Shown here one piece after another: positions 1 to 11,447 of a stretch of DNA of 64,000 nt; positions within the stretch are counted from its first letter, which is position 1; each line of letters opens with the position of its first letter. This DNA comes from Cetorhinus maximus (Eukaryota): NCBI RefSeq assembly GCF_964194155.1, contig NC_135905.1, positions 8,928,001 through 8,992,000 of the forward strand, in the 5' to 3' direction. Under the pieces are notes generated by a model. It had not been told where the DNA came from. It searched no databases and was given only the letters and a program-made list of their open reading frames with translations. Made by a program: the position numbers and the translations under genes.

Positions 1-190
1 CCATTGGGCAACTAGCTGCTGATAGTAATGGTGCTGAGGGCATAAATGTTTGTTTCTTTTGAAGAACAATTGGCACAAAGGCCAGCAAAAAAACAAAAAA
101 ATAAAAATGGCCCAGAATGGCCTTAATTCCTTTATACTAATGTTCCAATTAAATGAACCCCTGCCAGAATTCGCCTTCAGTGTCATTCGC

Positions 191-332
191 GAGGTGTCAG
201 CTGTGGCTCAGTTCATAGCACCCTCGCCTTTGAATCAGAGGGTTGTGGGTTCATGTCCCACTCCTGGAAACCAAGTACTGTGATTGTACTCGAAAGAGTT
301 GCAATCTGTGGCTGTTGATAACTCGAAAGAGT
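191..332 (+). mobile_element. Short tRNA-derived SINE variant (SacSINE1-type head, atypical double-hairpin tail)
   Basis: tRNA-like head GGTGTCAGCTGTGGCTCAGTT...GGTTCATGTCCCACTCC; flanked by a perfect 15-bp direct repeat TTCAGTGTCATTCGC (176-190, 333-347); near-identical second copy at 24123-24253. Confidence 0.75.
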
Positions 333-1354
333 TTCAGTGTCATTCGCTCTGGACATCCTCCCTGTATTAAAGTTAATAGGTTCCAAGCAGGACATCCACA
401 CTCCATTTTCATATTTAAATAAAGTTTACACCTGTTCCACACAGAATCTTTGATTTCCTGCCTGAAGCCTCATTGAAAGTATGAATGGCATGCAAAATGG
501 GTGATCAGTTGGGACTGATTACTGTCAATTTTTATAACTCGTTATGCTCCATCACCACCCCTTTCTGGGTTGTAACTGGTGTTGTCATCCTTGTCCATCA
601 TGTGTGGTGACCAGAGCAATGGCTAAACAAAGTCCATCACCAGAGGTCAAAGTAATACCACGAGCAGATGTTAGAGTAGCCAAAGCTTTCTTTAAGGATG
701 CGGACAATTCAAAGGGAGTATTTGGCATGTCCTCATTAATTGAGGCTCAGAAAGCAGAACCAGAGTTAAACAAGTTAGCACAGTCAGCTCACACTGAAGT
801 TGAGGCTAAAGGAGTTCCGGAGTGCTATTACATTAAAAATGGAGTTCTGATGAGGAAGTGAAGACACCCTCACAGACCTGTGGATGAGGAATGGACAGTT
901 GTTCATCAGATAGTGGTACCACCCAAATATCATAAGGAGATATTGCGAGTAGCACATGAAATTCCTACAGTAGGGCATGTAGGAATACGGAAAGCCCAAG
1001 CATTGATAAACAGACATTTTACCTGGCCAAGACTTCATAAGGACATAGTGCAATTTTGTAAAACGTGTCATACATGTCAGGTAGTAGGTAAACCTCAACA
1101 TATAATCAAACCAGCACCTTTAATACCCATACCAGTTTTTGAAGAACCATTCAGTCGGGTATTAGTAGGTTGTGTAGGGCCATTACCCAAAACGAAAGCA
1201 GGACATCAGTATATCCTTACAATCATGGGTATGACAACCCGATTTCCAGAAACTATTCCTTTAAGAACAATTATAGCTAACGTGGTAGTGGAAAAGTTAA
1301 CTCAGTTTTTCACTTGTTATGGTCTACCAATTGAAATACAACCTGATCAAGCTT

Positions 1355-1565
1355 ATAAGAGCCATAAGACATAGGAGCAGAAATTAGGCCATTCGGCCCA
1401 TTGAGTCTGCTCCGCCATTCAATCATGATAAGTTTCTCAGCCCCACTCTCCCGCCTTCTCCCTGTAACCTTTGATCCCCTTACCAATCAAGAACCTATCT
1501 ATCTCGGTCTTAAATACACTCAATGACCTGGCCTCCACAGCCTTCTGTGGCAATGAATTTCATAG
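1355..1565 (-). mobile_element. CR1-type LINE 3'-end fragment inserted into the integrase
   Basis: ATAAGACATAGGAGCAGAAATTAGGCCATTCGGCCC reverse tail; target-site duplication AAGCTT at 1349-1354 and 1566-1571; removing it restores integrase DQASNFMS. Confidence 0.75.
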
Positions 1566-2882
1566 AAGCTTCTAACTTCATGTCTAAAATTTTCCAGGAC
1601 ATAATCAGTAGTTTAGGTATCAAACAACTAAAGTCTACACCTATCATCCACAGACACAGGGAGCTTTACAGAGATACCATCAGACTCTCAAGACCTATTG
1701 CCATGAATATCCAAAGGATTGGGACAAGGGATTAGATTTCTTACTATTTGCTACCAGAGATTCTCCAAATGAATCTAGTGGATTTAGTCCATTTGAATTG
1801 ATCTATGGTCATGAAATAAGAGGTCAGTTAAAAGTGATTAAGGAAAAGTTTCTAAAGCAAAAAGATGAATCCTCCATGTTTGATTATGTGTCCATATTTC
1901 TAGAAAGACTCACAGGAGCACGTAAAGTAGCTGAAATACATAACTGTGTGGTTCATTTAGGCAATGTAGTTATAGTAACACATGGGAAGAACATGTAAAG
2001 CAATTAGAGGGCCTGTTTAAGCAATTGCAGTTGGCTGGCTTACTCATAAATCTGGCCGAAAGCGAATTTGCAAAAACAAGGATAACTTACCTAGGTCACA
2101 TCGTAGGGCAAAGGCAAGTGTTGCCAAGGACAGCAAAAGCGAACGCTTAATAGATTTCCCTATTCCTAAAACTAAACGAGAAATTATGAGATTTTTGGGA
2201 ATGTGTGGGTTTTATCGGAAGTTTGTGCCTAACTTCAGCTTCTATCAATTTGTTAAGAAAATAGGAAAAAGTGGTATGGTCAGCAGAATGCCAAACAGTG
2301 TTTGAAAAGCTGAAGGCAACCTTAATAAACGAACCAATGTTGGCCGCCCCGACTTACCAAAACTTTTAAAATGGCAATTGATGCTAGTGACTTGGGGGTA
2401 GGTGCAGTCCCATTACAAGATGATAAATTAGGGATAGAGAAGCTGGAGTGCTACTTTTCCAAGAAACTAAATCACTATCAGAGAAAGTACTCTACAATGG
2501 AAAAAGAAACTCTAGCATCGCTGTTGTCTCTTCAACACTTTGAAGTTTACGTGCAACACGATAACAAAGAAACACTAATCTACACTGACCACAATCTGCT
2601 GGTTCATTGAAAAGTTTAAAACTCAAAATGCGAGACTGTTTAGACGGAGTCTATTGTTTCAACCATTCAATGTAAAGATTGTTCACGTTGCCAGCAAAGA
2701 TAATGTGATTGCGGTTGCATTGTCCTGGATGTACAATACTGAAATAAGTTAAAGGGGTAAGAAATGCTGAAGATTGTACTAGGAGGAGGAAGGATGAATG
2801 GAATTAAGTTTTGTGTTTTGTTGTCCATATGTCACATACCTTATGATGAAATGTCGTTTCATCTCTTTTAAGGGTGGAGGCA

Positions 2883-3740
2883 TGTAAAGAACATACCTTT
2901 TTATTTCTGTTGGACTGTGGATTAAAATTACAATGGCTGCAGTTTGAAAGACATGTCTACTGGAACAGTGTGAGGGATATATACAATGTTGCTGTTCTGG
3001 AACAGAGTGTGCCATGAAAGACAGAATGGTGCCAAGGAAGAGTCTGGTCTAACGGAACTGCCTAGCAACAACATTTTAATTGGCTCCTAACCAGGTCCCC
3101 AGGGTATGTGAGAGAGCAGTGCAGCAGAAAAGCTCCTAGCCTGAAAAGAGAAAAGACCTAAAACTTCTTTCGCCTGTGTGTGTAAGACTCTAGTAATTCT
3201 ACAATAATAGCTAGCTATTTTTCTCCTCTCATTTCTCTGTAACCTGCTATCTTTCTGAAAAACCCCTGTCAAGAGGAAAAGGGGAAAATCGCCATTAGAG
3301 ACATTGAAAAGCAAGCGCTCAACCAGTGAACTAAAGACTGAAAGTGCTGGGAAGACCACCTTGCGTCATCAACAAAGAACTGAAAGGAATTTGAAAGACA
3401 TCGATCAAAATCAACCCATCGAATTCTGTACTCCGGAATTGGTGCTTTGAAATGTTTTACCCTTAAAATCTATGTTTTTGTGCATCTTATGTGTCTTCCT
3501 TGTGTGTGTATAGGGATTTAGGAAGGAGTAAAGTTTAGGTTATAGTGTTAGAAATTAGCAGTTCATATTTCTTTCTTCTGCCACTGGTTAAAGACAATTT
3601 GTTCAATAAACAGTTATTTACTTGTTAAGTTTACAAACCTGGTGCTCGTATTCTGTTAACCTAAATTAAACAATTAGATGGTTTGATCAGACTTTTGCCG
3701 TGGCTCGGGGAACAGTGGGGCTTGATAGTGTCACGACTCA
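2883..3740 (+). repeat. 3' LTR of the Gmr1-type element (right boundary approximate)
   Basis: Purine tract AAGGGTGGAGGCA immediately before TGTAAAG at 2883; AATAAA near 3605. Confidence 0.55.
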
Positions 3741-5279
3741 CTGGGGATAGTGCGCTGTAATATCTTATATCTATGGCCCCTACTTTTGGTTTCCTCCACA
3801 AGTGAAAACATCTCTGCGTCTACTTTATCAAATCTCTTCATAATTCTCTCAGGTCACCCTTCAGCCTTTTTTCTAGAGAAAAGAGCCCAGCCTATTCAGC
3901 CATTTCTGATAGTTATAAACTTTCAGTTCTGATAGCATTCTTATGTATTGTTTTTACACCATCTCTAGTTTCTCTAGATCCTTTTTATAAGGAGAACTAT
4001 GCACAGTATCTAAACATGTTTTATTTCTCTTCCAATTTGTACGTGTACTGTATTACACTGAATCATTATATTTTGCTCAAATTATAATTCTGTTCTCCGC
4101 TGTGCACATTTCAACAAATTGCTGACATCAATGATAAATACACCATACTAAAATGAAGCATTTTGACAATTGACATTATATCAAAGAGCAGCAAAATGCA
4201 CACAGAGAGAGTGGACTGAAACATTGTCTTGCTGCATTGCGACCCATGTCATTGGGGGAACAGTACAACATCCAAGCCTGATCCTGATATCCACACAAGC
4301 CACACTTAGACTAAGAGATCACTGCAAAGAGATCAGGACAGGGAACCCTGGCTGATTTTCCACAACCCCAAGCACGGAGCAGAGGATAATTAGACATTTC
4401 CGCTACCACTCCAGCCAGCTCGGAACAGACAGGGCTAATAAACCTGATCTGCTTAGCCAAACTAGTCAATGCATTAACCAGCAGAGAGATTGAGGGGGAT
4501 ATAATGGACCTTTCCTGGGTACTTTTATTTTGTTAATAAATCAATATTTATGGTACTGACAGAATTTTTTGCCAGTTGAGGTTTTGATAGCTTGAATAGG
4601 GAAAAACGTTTTCTCCTAATATACATTTGCAGTGTTGGAATAAGGAATGCTTCGCTATGGGGAATGGCTGAGGCAGAGAAATTGCACCTGGGATAAATTT
4701 TAGAGGTGGAGGAAAACACATAGCAAAGAGAAACTGGGAGCAGGACAATGATTCATTTTGGATTTCCCAGAGTTGGCACAGACAGAATGGGCTGAATGGC
4801 CTCCTTCTGTGTGGTAAACTTTTATGGCAGCATTTGGAGCCCTGCAACCATTCGTTGCAATATGTGGGCACCATGGCCTAGACTTTGATTGCTGTAATTG
4901 TGACAACTGAGGTTACCCATTTAAAATAACAACACCTGTTAAAATAATACCAACCGGAACACCCAGGCTTCTACATAACAAATGTTCATATTGAACGGTT
5001 GCAGTAAGGTTCCCCCATGCAGATGGTCTTATTGATGCCATATCTATTATTGAGAGAAACAGGTGCTACAACAGTGATTTACAGCAGTACTTGTGATACA
5101 CGTTTACTGTTGACCTAAAGCATTTCCGCTTTGCTTCAATGCTAAACCTGTGCAGTATGAATCAGACGGTAGGGTAAAACCTGACTCCACAGTATGTGCT
5201 TAAAAGGCTCATTCCTCCAGGGGGTGTCAATCCCATTTGCTTTGGTGGCAGGTTAGGACTCAGCTCCAGATTCAACGAA

Positions 5280-5680
5280 TACCTCAATTTATTGTGGTGC
5301 CTTTCACACCCTCAGAATGCTTCACAACGACTGAAGTGCTTTTGAAATGCAAACTCGTCAGCTAATCTGCACACAGCAAAGTCTACTAACAGCAATGAGA
5401 TAAATGACCAATGAGTCAGTTTTGTCGGTGTTAGTTCAAGGACAAATATTGGCCAGGACGCTGGGAAAACACTTTGCTTTTATTCTGAAATGGCAATGGG
5501 ATCTGTATGTTCACCCAAACAAGCAGATGCAGCCTCGGTTTTAATATCTGATCTGAAAGACAACAGTCCCTCAGCATTGCACTGATCATTCGCCAAGGTT
5601 CTGGGTTCAAACCAGAGAGGGACTTCAACTCTCAACTTTCTGACTCAAAGACGAGAGCAGTACCAACAAACTAAGCAAAA
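5280..5680 (-). mobile_element. SacSINE1/DeuSINE-type SINE, diverged
   Basis: Reverse complement of the family core (AAATATTGGCCAGGAC, GCACACAGCAAA, CAGCAATGAGATAAATGACC). Confidence 0.7.
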
Positions 5681-6582
5681 CTGCCTTGCATGAATGCTGT
5701 AGCTGTTGTGCAGATGCATCCTATGCTAACAGCAAGAGACAAGGACATTGCTCTCTGTGCAGTACCAATCAACTTCACAGGTTCTGATTATACCAATCCA
5801 TTGAGAATAACCCAATTTTTTGAGGTTCAGTGAAATGACTGATGTGTATTATTAGAAATTGCTTAAACAACATACCTCAACATTCACTTAAACTAAAACA
5901 GGTAGAACTAAGAAGTTCAGCCCCTCTGACGGACTATAAAAAAATAAAGCCCGGAGCTAAGTATTTACAGGATACACAGCAAACTGTACAAGTTTCAGAA
6001 CCCCTGTAACTGTGTGTGCGCTTTCTACTTCAAGGCACATAAGGTACAGCCTTAGAATAAGTGTGGTAGCATGCTTCAAGTTATCCAGTAATAAGCTGTT
6101 GGTGGATCAGATTTGAGCCTTCTTATCGCCACAAGTAGCCAAATCATAAATGAATAGGATCAATTGTTAGCACTTTGATCTGGAGTTAGCTTTTATATTA
6201 GCATCCAATTTACACCACACTTTTAGCATGGATACAAAGCTGAAAAAGCTACACGCCGACAGTAAATCTGCAGTGTAAATGAAGCCATAAATCACTGCTT
6301 ACAACACCTGTTTCCCTCGTGAACTCTGGAAAAGCAAACCATTATAAATTTACATTTAGCACTTAAAGAAAAACAAAAATGTGGGCAAAAGCCTCCAGAG
6401 AGAACATATCTGATACAAATGCCACTGACAGACTGACATTAATGGTATAATGACCAGATGGGGGTACCATTGGCCATTCCTTCTGGTACTGACGTGCCAA
6501 ATTCAATTTCGGAATATGCCACAGTGCGATCTCAACCCTTGATTTCAGGGTTGTTAGCCGCAGTACCATAGTCATTAATATG

Positions 6583-6826
6583 TAGGGCTGTCAACTCTAC
6601 TTGAACCTATTCTTGGAAGTTTCAAAATATGACAGCCCACTTTCAAGCACTTTGTTTTTCCACCTCTAATAATTTTATAGACAAAAACATGCAATGAAAA
6701 TGAAAAAAATATATATGCTTTTTAATGGCTCTAAGACTTTTCTCCCAGGTTGCCATCAGCAATGACCTGGAGAATAATCTTTAATTCCTGGAGACTCCAG
6801 GACAATTCTAGAGGGTTGGCAATTTT
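6583..6826. mobile_element. Old hAT (Tip100-like) MITE
   Basis: Imperfect terminal inverted repeats TAGGGCTGTCAACT ... GGGTTGGCAATTTTA. Confidence 0.45.
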
Positions 6827-7049
6827 ATCTATCAGTGAACACACCAAGGACTTTCACTTATACCAGCTGCATCTTAGTACAGCACCACAAAGTGCATTTT
6901 ATAGTGGGCTTCTGGGGGTCCTGTGTAAGTTATTTCTAAGCTCCAATTTTTTGTTCATTTAATCTCCCTGAGCAGATTCATTGGGGGAAAATTGCTAGCT
7001 CTGGCTCATCCCAGCTTTGGTTCATTCTAGGGTGGTTCAGAATACAAAA

Positions 7050-7490
7050 AAAAACTTGCATTTATACAAAGCTTTACACGATGTCATGACACTCTAAACC
7101 TATTCCTAACCACTTCTGAAGTCACTGTTGTAATGCAGGAAACGTGGCAGTCAAGTTACACACAAGCTCCCACAAACAGCCATGAAACAAATGTCCAGAT
7201 GATCCATGTTGTTAGGTCTTGGTTGAAGGATAAATATTGGCCAAGACACTAACAAAACTCACCTGCTCGTCAAAATTGTGCCTTGGGTCTTTTACGTTCA
7301 CCTGAGAGCAGAGATTGGTTAACTGCCTCACTCAGGAGGAGCATTTCCAACAGTGCACCACTCTCGTGGTGTTGCGATGAAGTGTCAAAACCAGGTTATG
7401 TAGCCAAATCTCTGGAGTGGGGCTTGATCCCAGGGTCTTCTCATTTGAAGCCAAGGGTGTTACCACTGAGTCGAGGCCGAGACATCATTG
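7050..7490 (-). mobile_element. SacSINE1/DeuSINE-type SINE
   Basis: ACTTGCATTTATA tail, GGATAAATATTGGCCAAGACAC core, CTCTGGAGTGGGGCTTGA tRNA-head end. Confidence 0.75.
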
Positions 7491-7954
7491 TCAACACTCA
7501 TGGTCACGGCCACTGATTTGCTGTTTTCATGGAATGTATTCCCTAAAAGGCTAGCAAAACTTCTGAAACCCCATGTAATAAAAACCGCATTTAACGTAAA
7601 CCAATGTACCAAATGCTAAACACCAGGAACTGCAGAACCTAATTCCAAAAACATGGTCAAAAACTCCCGAACCAGTTTGCTTAAAGACAGGATTAAATGT
7701 ATTCAGTCATTGTAAATTCGTGGCCCAGCTCTTTATGCGGTCTCAGGTTAACATCTCATCCAGAAACTCTGACACTGCAGTACCCGAAGACTGCGCTAAC
7801 CCAGATTACTTGCTTGCGTCTCTGGAGCAGCAACTGAACCCACAACCTATCGACTCAGAAGTGAGAGTGCTACTAATGAGCCAAGTCAGAGGGAGATGGG
7901 GATTTTGTGCAGGAGGAACAGTAATAGATGCCTCAGTGTGTGAATGCTACAACT

Positions 7955-8815
7955 GGTGTCAGTTGTAGCTCAGTTGGTAGCATACTAGCCCTGCATCAGA
8001 AGATCGTGGGTTCAAGACCCACTGAAGAGAATTGAGCATAAGATCTAGGCCAGGGCTTCCGAAATGTGGATTGTGAATACCAATGCGATTGCAAGGTGAG
8101 ATTTTGGGGTCATGAGCTCCGTTACATCAATGGCTGTCGCGGAGCTCGGACTCAATGCGAACAGCTGCGAGGTCCCTTTAAATCCTCGTCTTTTTTCTAA
8201 TGGCGTGCGTGGTCTAACGGACAGATCTTTGAGGCCTGATTGTTGCTACAAAAAAATAACTGTGAAAAGGTAGTTTTTAAAAAAAAACCTTGCTGTTTAA
8301 ACGCTTTCAGCCAGGCTCAACTTCACTTCCACCTGCCCCGCTCAGCAGCTGAAGCCGAGACACCCCGCCCCCCCCAAAAACCCCGGGCAGCTTCTCACTC
8401 TGGGGCTCATGTGAAGTCTGGGGCATTATAATGGGATCACACTGGTAAAAAATTTTGGAAAGCACTGATCTAGGCTGATACTCCCGCGCTTTACTAAGAA
8501 AGTGCTAAAATGGAGGTGGTGCCATCTTTCGCATGAGGTGTTAAACAGAGACCGTGTCTGCTCTCTCAAATGAAGGTAGAACATTGTATAATGCTATTTG
8601 AAGAAGGGCAGGGGAAGTTTACCCTGGTTTCCTGGCCAATATTTATCCCTCAACCAACATCACCAAAACAGATTATCTCATTGCTGTTTGTGGGTGCTTG
8701 TGGTACACAAGTTGGCTGCAGCGTTTCCTACATTATAACAGTGACTGTACTTCAAAAATGTTTTTTTTGGCTGTAAAATGCTTTTAAGATGTCCTGAGGT
8801 TACGAAAGGTGCCTT
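7955..8815 (+). mobile_element. SacSINE1/DeuSINE-type SINE split by a hAT MITE
   Basis: Head GGTGTCAGTTGTAGCTCAGTTGGTAGCA; body resumes at 8468; core CCTGGCCAATATTTATCCCTCAACCAACATCAC. Confidence 0.8.
8051..8467. mobile_element. hAT (Charlie-like) non-autonomous DNA transposon
   Basis: TIRs CAGGGCTTCCGAAAT / ATTTTGGAAAGCACTG; perfect 8-bp TSD ATCTAGGC at 8043-8050 and 8468-8475. Confidence 0.8.
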
Positions 8816-10744
8816 CCTTTAACTGTAGCTCATAGAAATCTACTTATGAAGCCACAGTGTAAACTGAATGGGGTCAGGTCAAGAGGTTACAAGCAAACAG
8901 AGACAGAGGTGTGAGGATGTTGAGGTGAGCAAGAGATAAACATCGGGCGGCAATAAGCTGCATAATCCTGTTCTGCTATCAGCTCACCACAACTTAGGAG
9001 GTAGAGACTATATCATTTGCTTTTGAGATGAATAGGATTTTCCAGCATTGTTGCCAAAACAGATGTTAACGAAATGGGTAGTAACAAGGGACAAGTTTTT
9101 TGGTGGTGCAACGTACCCCAAATATTTGATCAATCACTTCTTATTTTCAGCGTTGTTATATTTCATCAGTGACTGATCACAGTTTGAAAGTAACATTAAT
9201 CCCTCCCATTTGCTCTGTGCCTCACACCTAAGTTTAAAGTACTTAGGCTGTCTGAGTGACAGAAATTCTATATATCATACAGTGAATTCAAGCCCCGCAC
9301 TCGCACCCTGCCTGGGTATTGACCACATTCCACTGGCACACTGCTTGCATTTTATCGAGCTGCCTCTCCACCTTCTCGGAGTGATGTCAGCTGTAAATAA
9401 TTCACTAATGTTACAATCTGTTCTAATGAATTCCCTGCATTACCGTTACCAGACACATTTCTGTTTGTGCAGCGAGCGATACATACACGCCTCTATCCTC
9501 AGCTCATTAATTCACTGTGTCCTCTCTCTCAATCCTACACTACTGATTCTTCCAATCTCTACATGAACATATCAGTTCCCCCGCCCCCCCCCGTGTTCTT
9601 TTTCTCCTGAGCTCCTATTTTAAGGGGTAGTTGGTCTCCCTGTCCATGGATTTCTTGCCCTCTCCAATATTCTCTTGCATTATCCTTTGGGTGCAATGTC
9701 TCAGTGAACCCCTGAAAGGCTCCAGCATCTCATATCACTGGGCATCCTTCACCCGATGATCTGTAAAGACCATATACATTTGAGAGGGGGCTTCACATCG
9801 GAACGCAGTCTTTCCCCTGCCAAACATGCCCTCAAACACGAATTTTGTAGCGGGGCTGGGGGACTTGGATTGCAATCCAGAGCGGAAACTTGATCAACAA
9901 GGGTAATGTGGATAACTGCTCTACCATGGCAGAGATCAACTAACTCAACACAGCCCACACACTGAACCTAGGGCTTGGCTCAGTTCCATACAAGATACTG
10001 TCCTTACAGCTGAGGAACCAGGGAAAGCCAATGTCCCCCTTCCACTAAAGTCTGTTTGTAATGGGTCAGTTGTTCTCTTCCCATCTCATCATACTATTTT
10101 GTCCAAGTCAAGAGTTTCTGGAAGATAGTCTGTATATGGGTAATAATATGTCATGGGCATTTAAGTATATAATTGCTTCCAGACTATTATTATTACTACA
10201 GAGGATAACCTGAAATATAAAATCTGATTTCTAGCACTTGGCTGTATGGTATAATTCTTCCTCTGCTATATATAATCTGACCATATCTCTTCAGCTGTCC
10301 CTCTGTAGCATGCTTCTTCCCAATAACATTACCCTTTGCTGTGCAATGTAGCATTTGCTCTCTGTCCCCATTCCATCATTTCAGCACTTCTAAGCTACAA
10401 TTCCATGGGAGTACTGCAATGTAGAAAGTGTGACTGTGTGAATGAAATATGAAATTGAGGACTCAGCTACCTGTTCTGGTGGTGGAAGTGAACGCTGATG
10501 GTTCAAGGGAACCATTGGAAGATGGTCAGGGAGGATTCTCAGTGCTGTGGCTAACCTTCCTTCCTCAATTATCACCAAAAACAAACTGATTGGCAATTTT
10601 TCTCATTGCTGTTTGTGTGATCCTGCTGCGAGCAAAATGGCTGCCACATCTGGCTAGATAACAAACTTTACATCAAATTCACTGTAAATGAAGCACTTGG
10701 AACAGTTTTAGATTGGGTATATTATAAATTGAACTCTCTTTTTA

Positions 10745-11170
10745 AAAGAAAAATTTGCATTTCTTATAGCATCTTTCATGACTTCAGGCACCCCAAAGTA
10801 CCACACAACTAATTAAATACTTCTTGCTGTGTGGTCATTGTTGTAAAAAGGAAATGCAACAGCGAATTTTCACACAGCAAGCACCCACAAGTCAAAAGAG
10901 CAAATAGTCTGTGTTCATGGTGTTGGCTGAGAACTAAATGTTGGCCGGGACACCAGGGAAAACTCCCCTAAACTTCTTTGAATACCTGAAAGGGCAGAAG
11001 GGGGTCCCGGTTTAACTTTCATCCAGGAGACAATGTCTCCAACCATGCAGCACTCCTCAACACAAGATCAGAGCTCCAGCCTAGATCTTGTGCTCAAATC
11101 TTGAGTGAGGTATGAACTCAAAACTTCTGAATCAAGGGGTGAACGTGTTAACAGAGTCTTAGCTGATGGT
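10745..11170 (-). mobile_element. SacSINE1/DeuSINE-type SINE
   Basis: AAATGTTGGCCGGGACACCAGGG core; CAGCCTAGATCTTGTGCTCAA. Confidence 0.7.
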
Positions 11171-11447
11171 GATAATACTTTAAATGGTAATGTAGACAAA
11201 AATCCCACACCTGTGATATGGTTGGATGATAAGATGTGAAAATAATTGATCAAAATGCCACTAAGCTGAGTTATTCTTGGTGATGTTAGTAGGTGTATAT
11301 TGAATTTATTTGTACAGCATTCGTCATAACAACTTTAATGTCACAAATTCGTTAAGTGCTTATTTTTCTACCTGGTCCCTTTTAAAAAAATATTTGGTGG
11401 TTGAGAATTTTATGGTACACAGTATTCTGGTTTTGGTATATAGACTG

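Larger units (their letters stand above)
597..3740 (+). mobile_element. Decayed, 5'-truncated Ty3/Gypsy LTR retrotransposon of Gmr1 type (integrase upstream of RT/RNase H)
   Basis: PSCVVTRAMAK, then integrase zinc finger and core (AHEIPTVGHVG..CKTCHTCQ..EPFSRVLVGCVGPLP; ORF 880-1374), then degenerate RT (NCVVHLGNVV near 1940; FLGMCGFYRKFVPNFS near 2190) and RNase H (AIDASDLGVGAV..YFSKKLN..YSTMEKE..YTDHN; ORF 2371-2610); many stops and frameshifts. Confidence 0.85.

Noticed and set aside
7955-8030. tRNA-like sequences here and at other SINE heads
   Set aside because: Degenerate SINE heads that continue into SINE bodies; no complete cloverleaf
1-11400. HIF1AN exon 2 (EPVVLTD...FLYYDEKK) candidates near 5780, 5235 and 10090 on the minus strand
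   Set aside because: The short matches do not extend or they hit stops; exon 2 appears to lie outside the window
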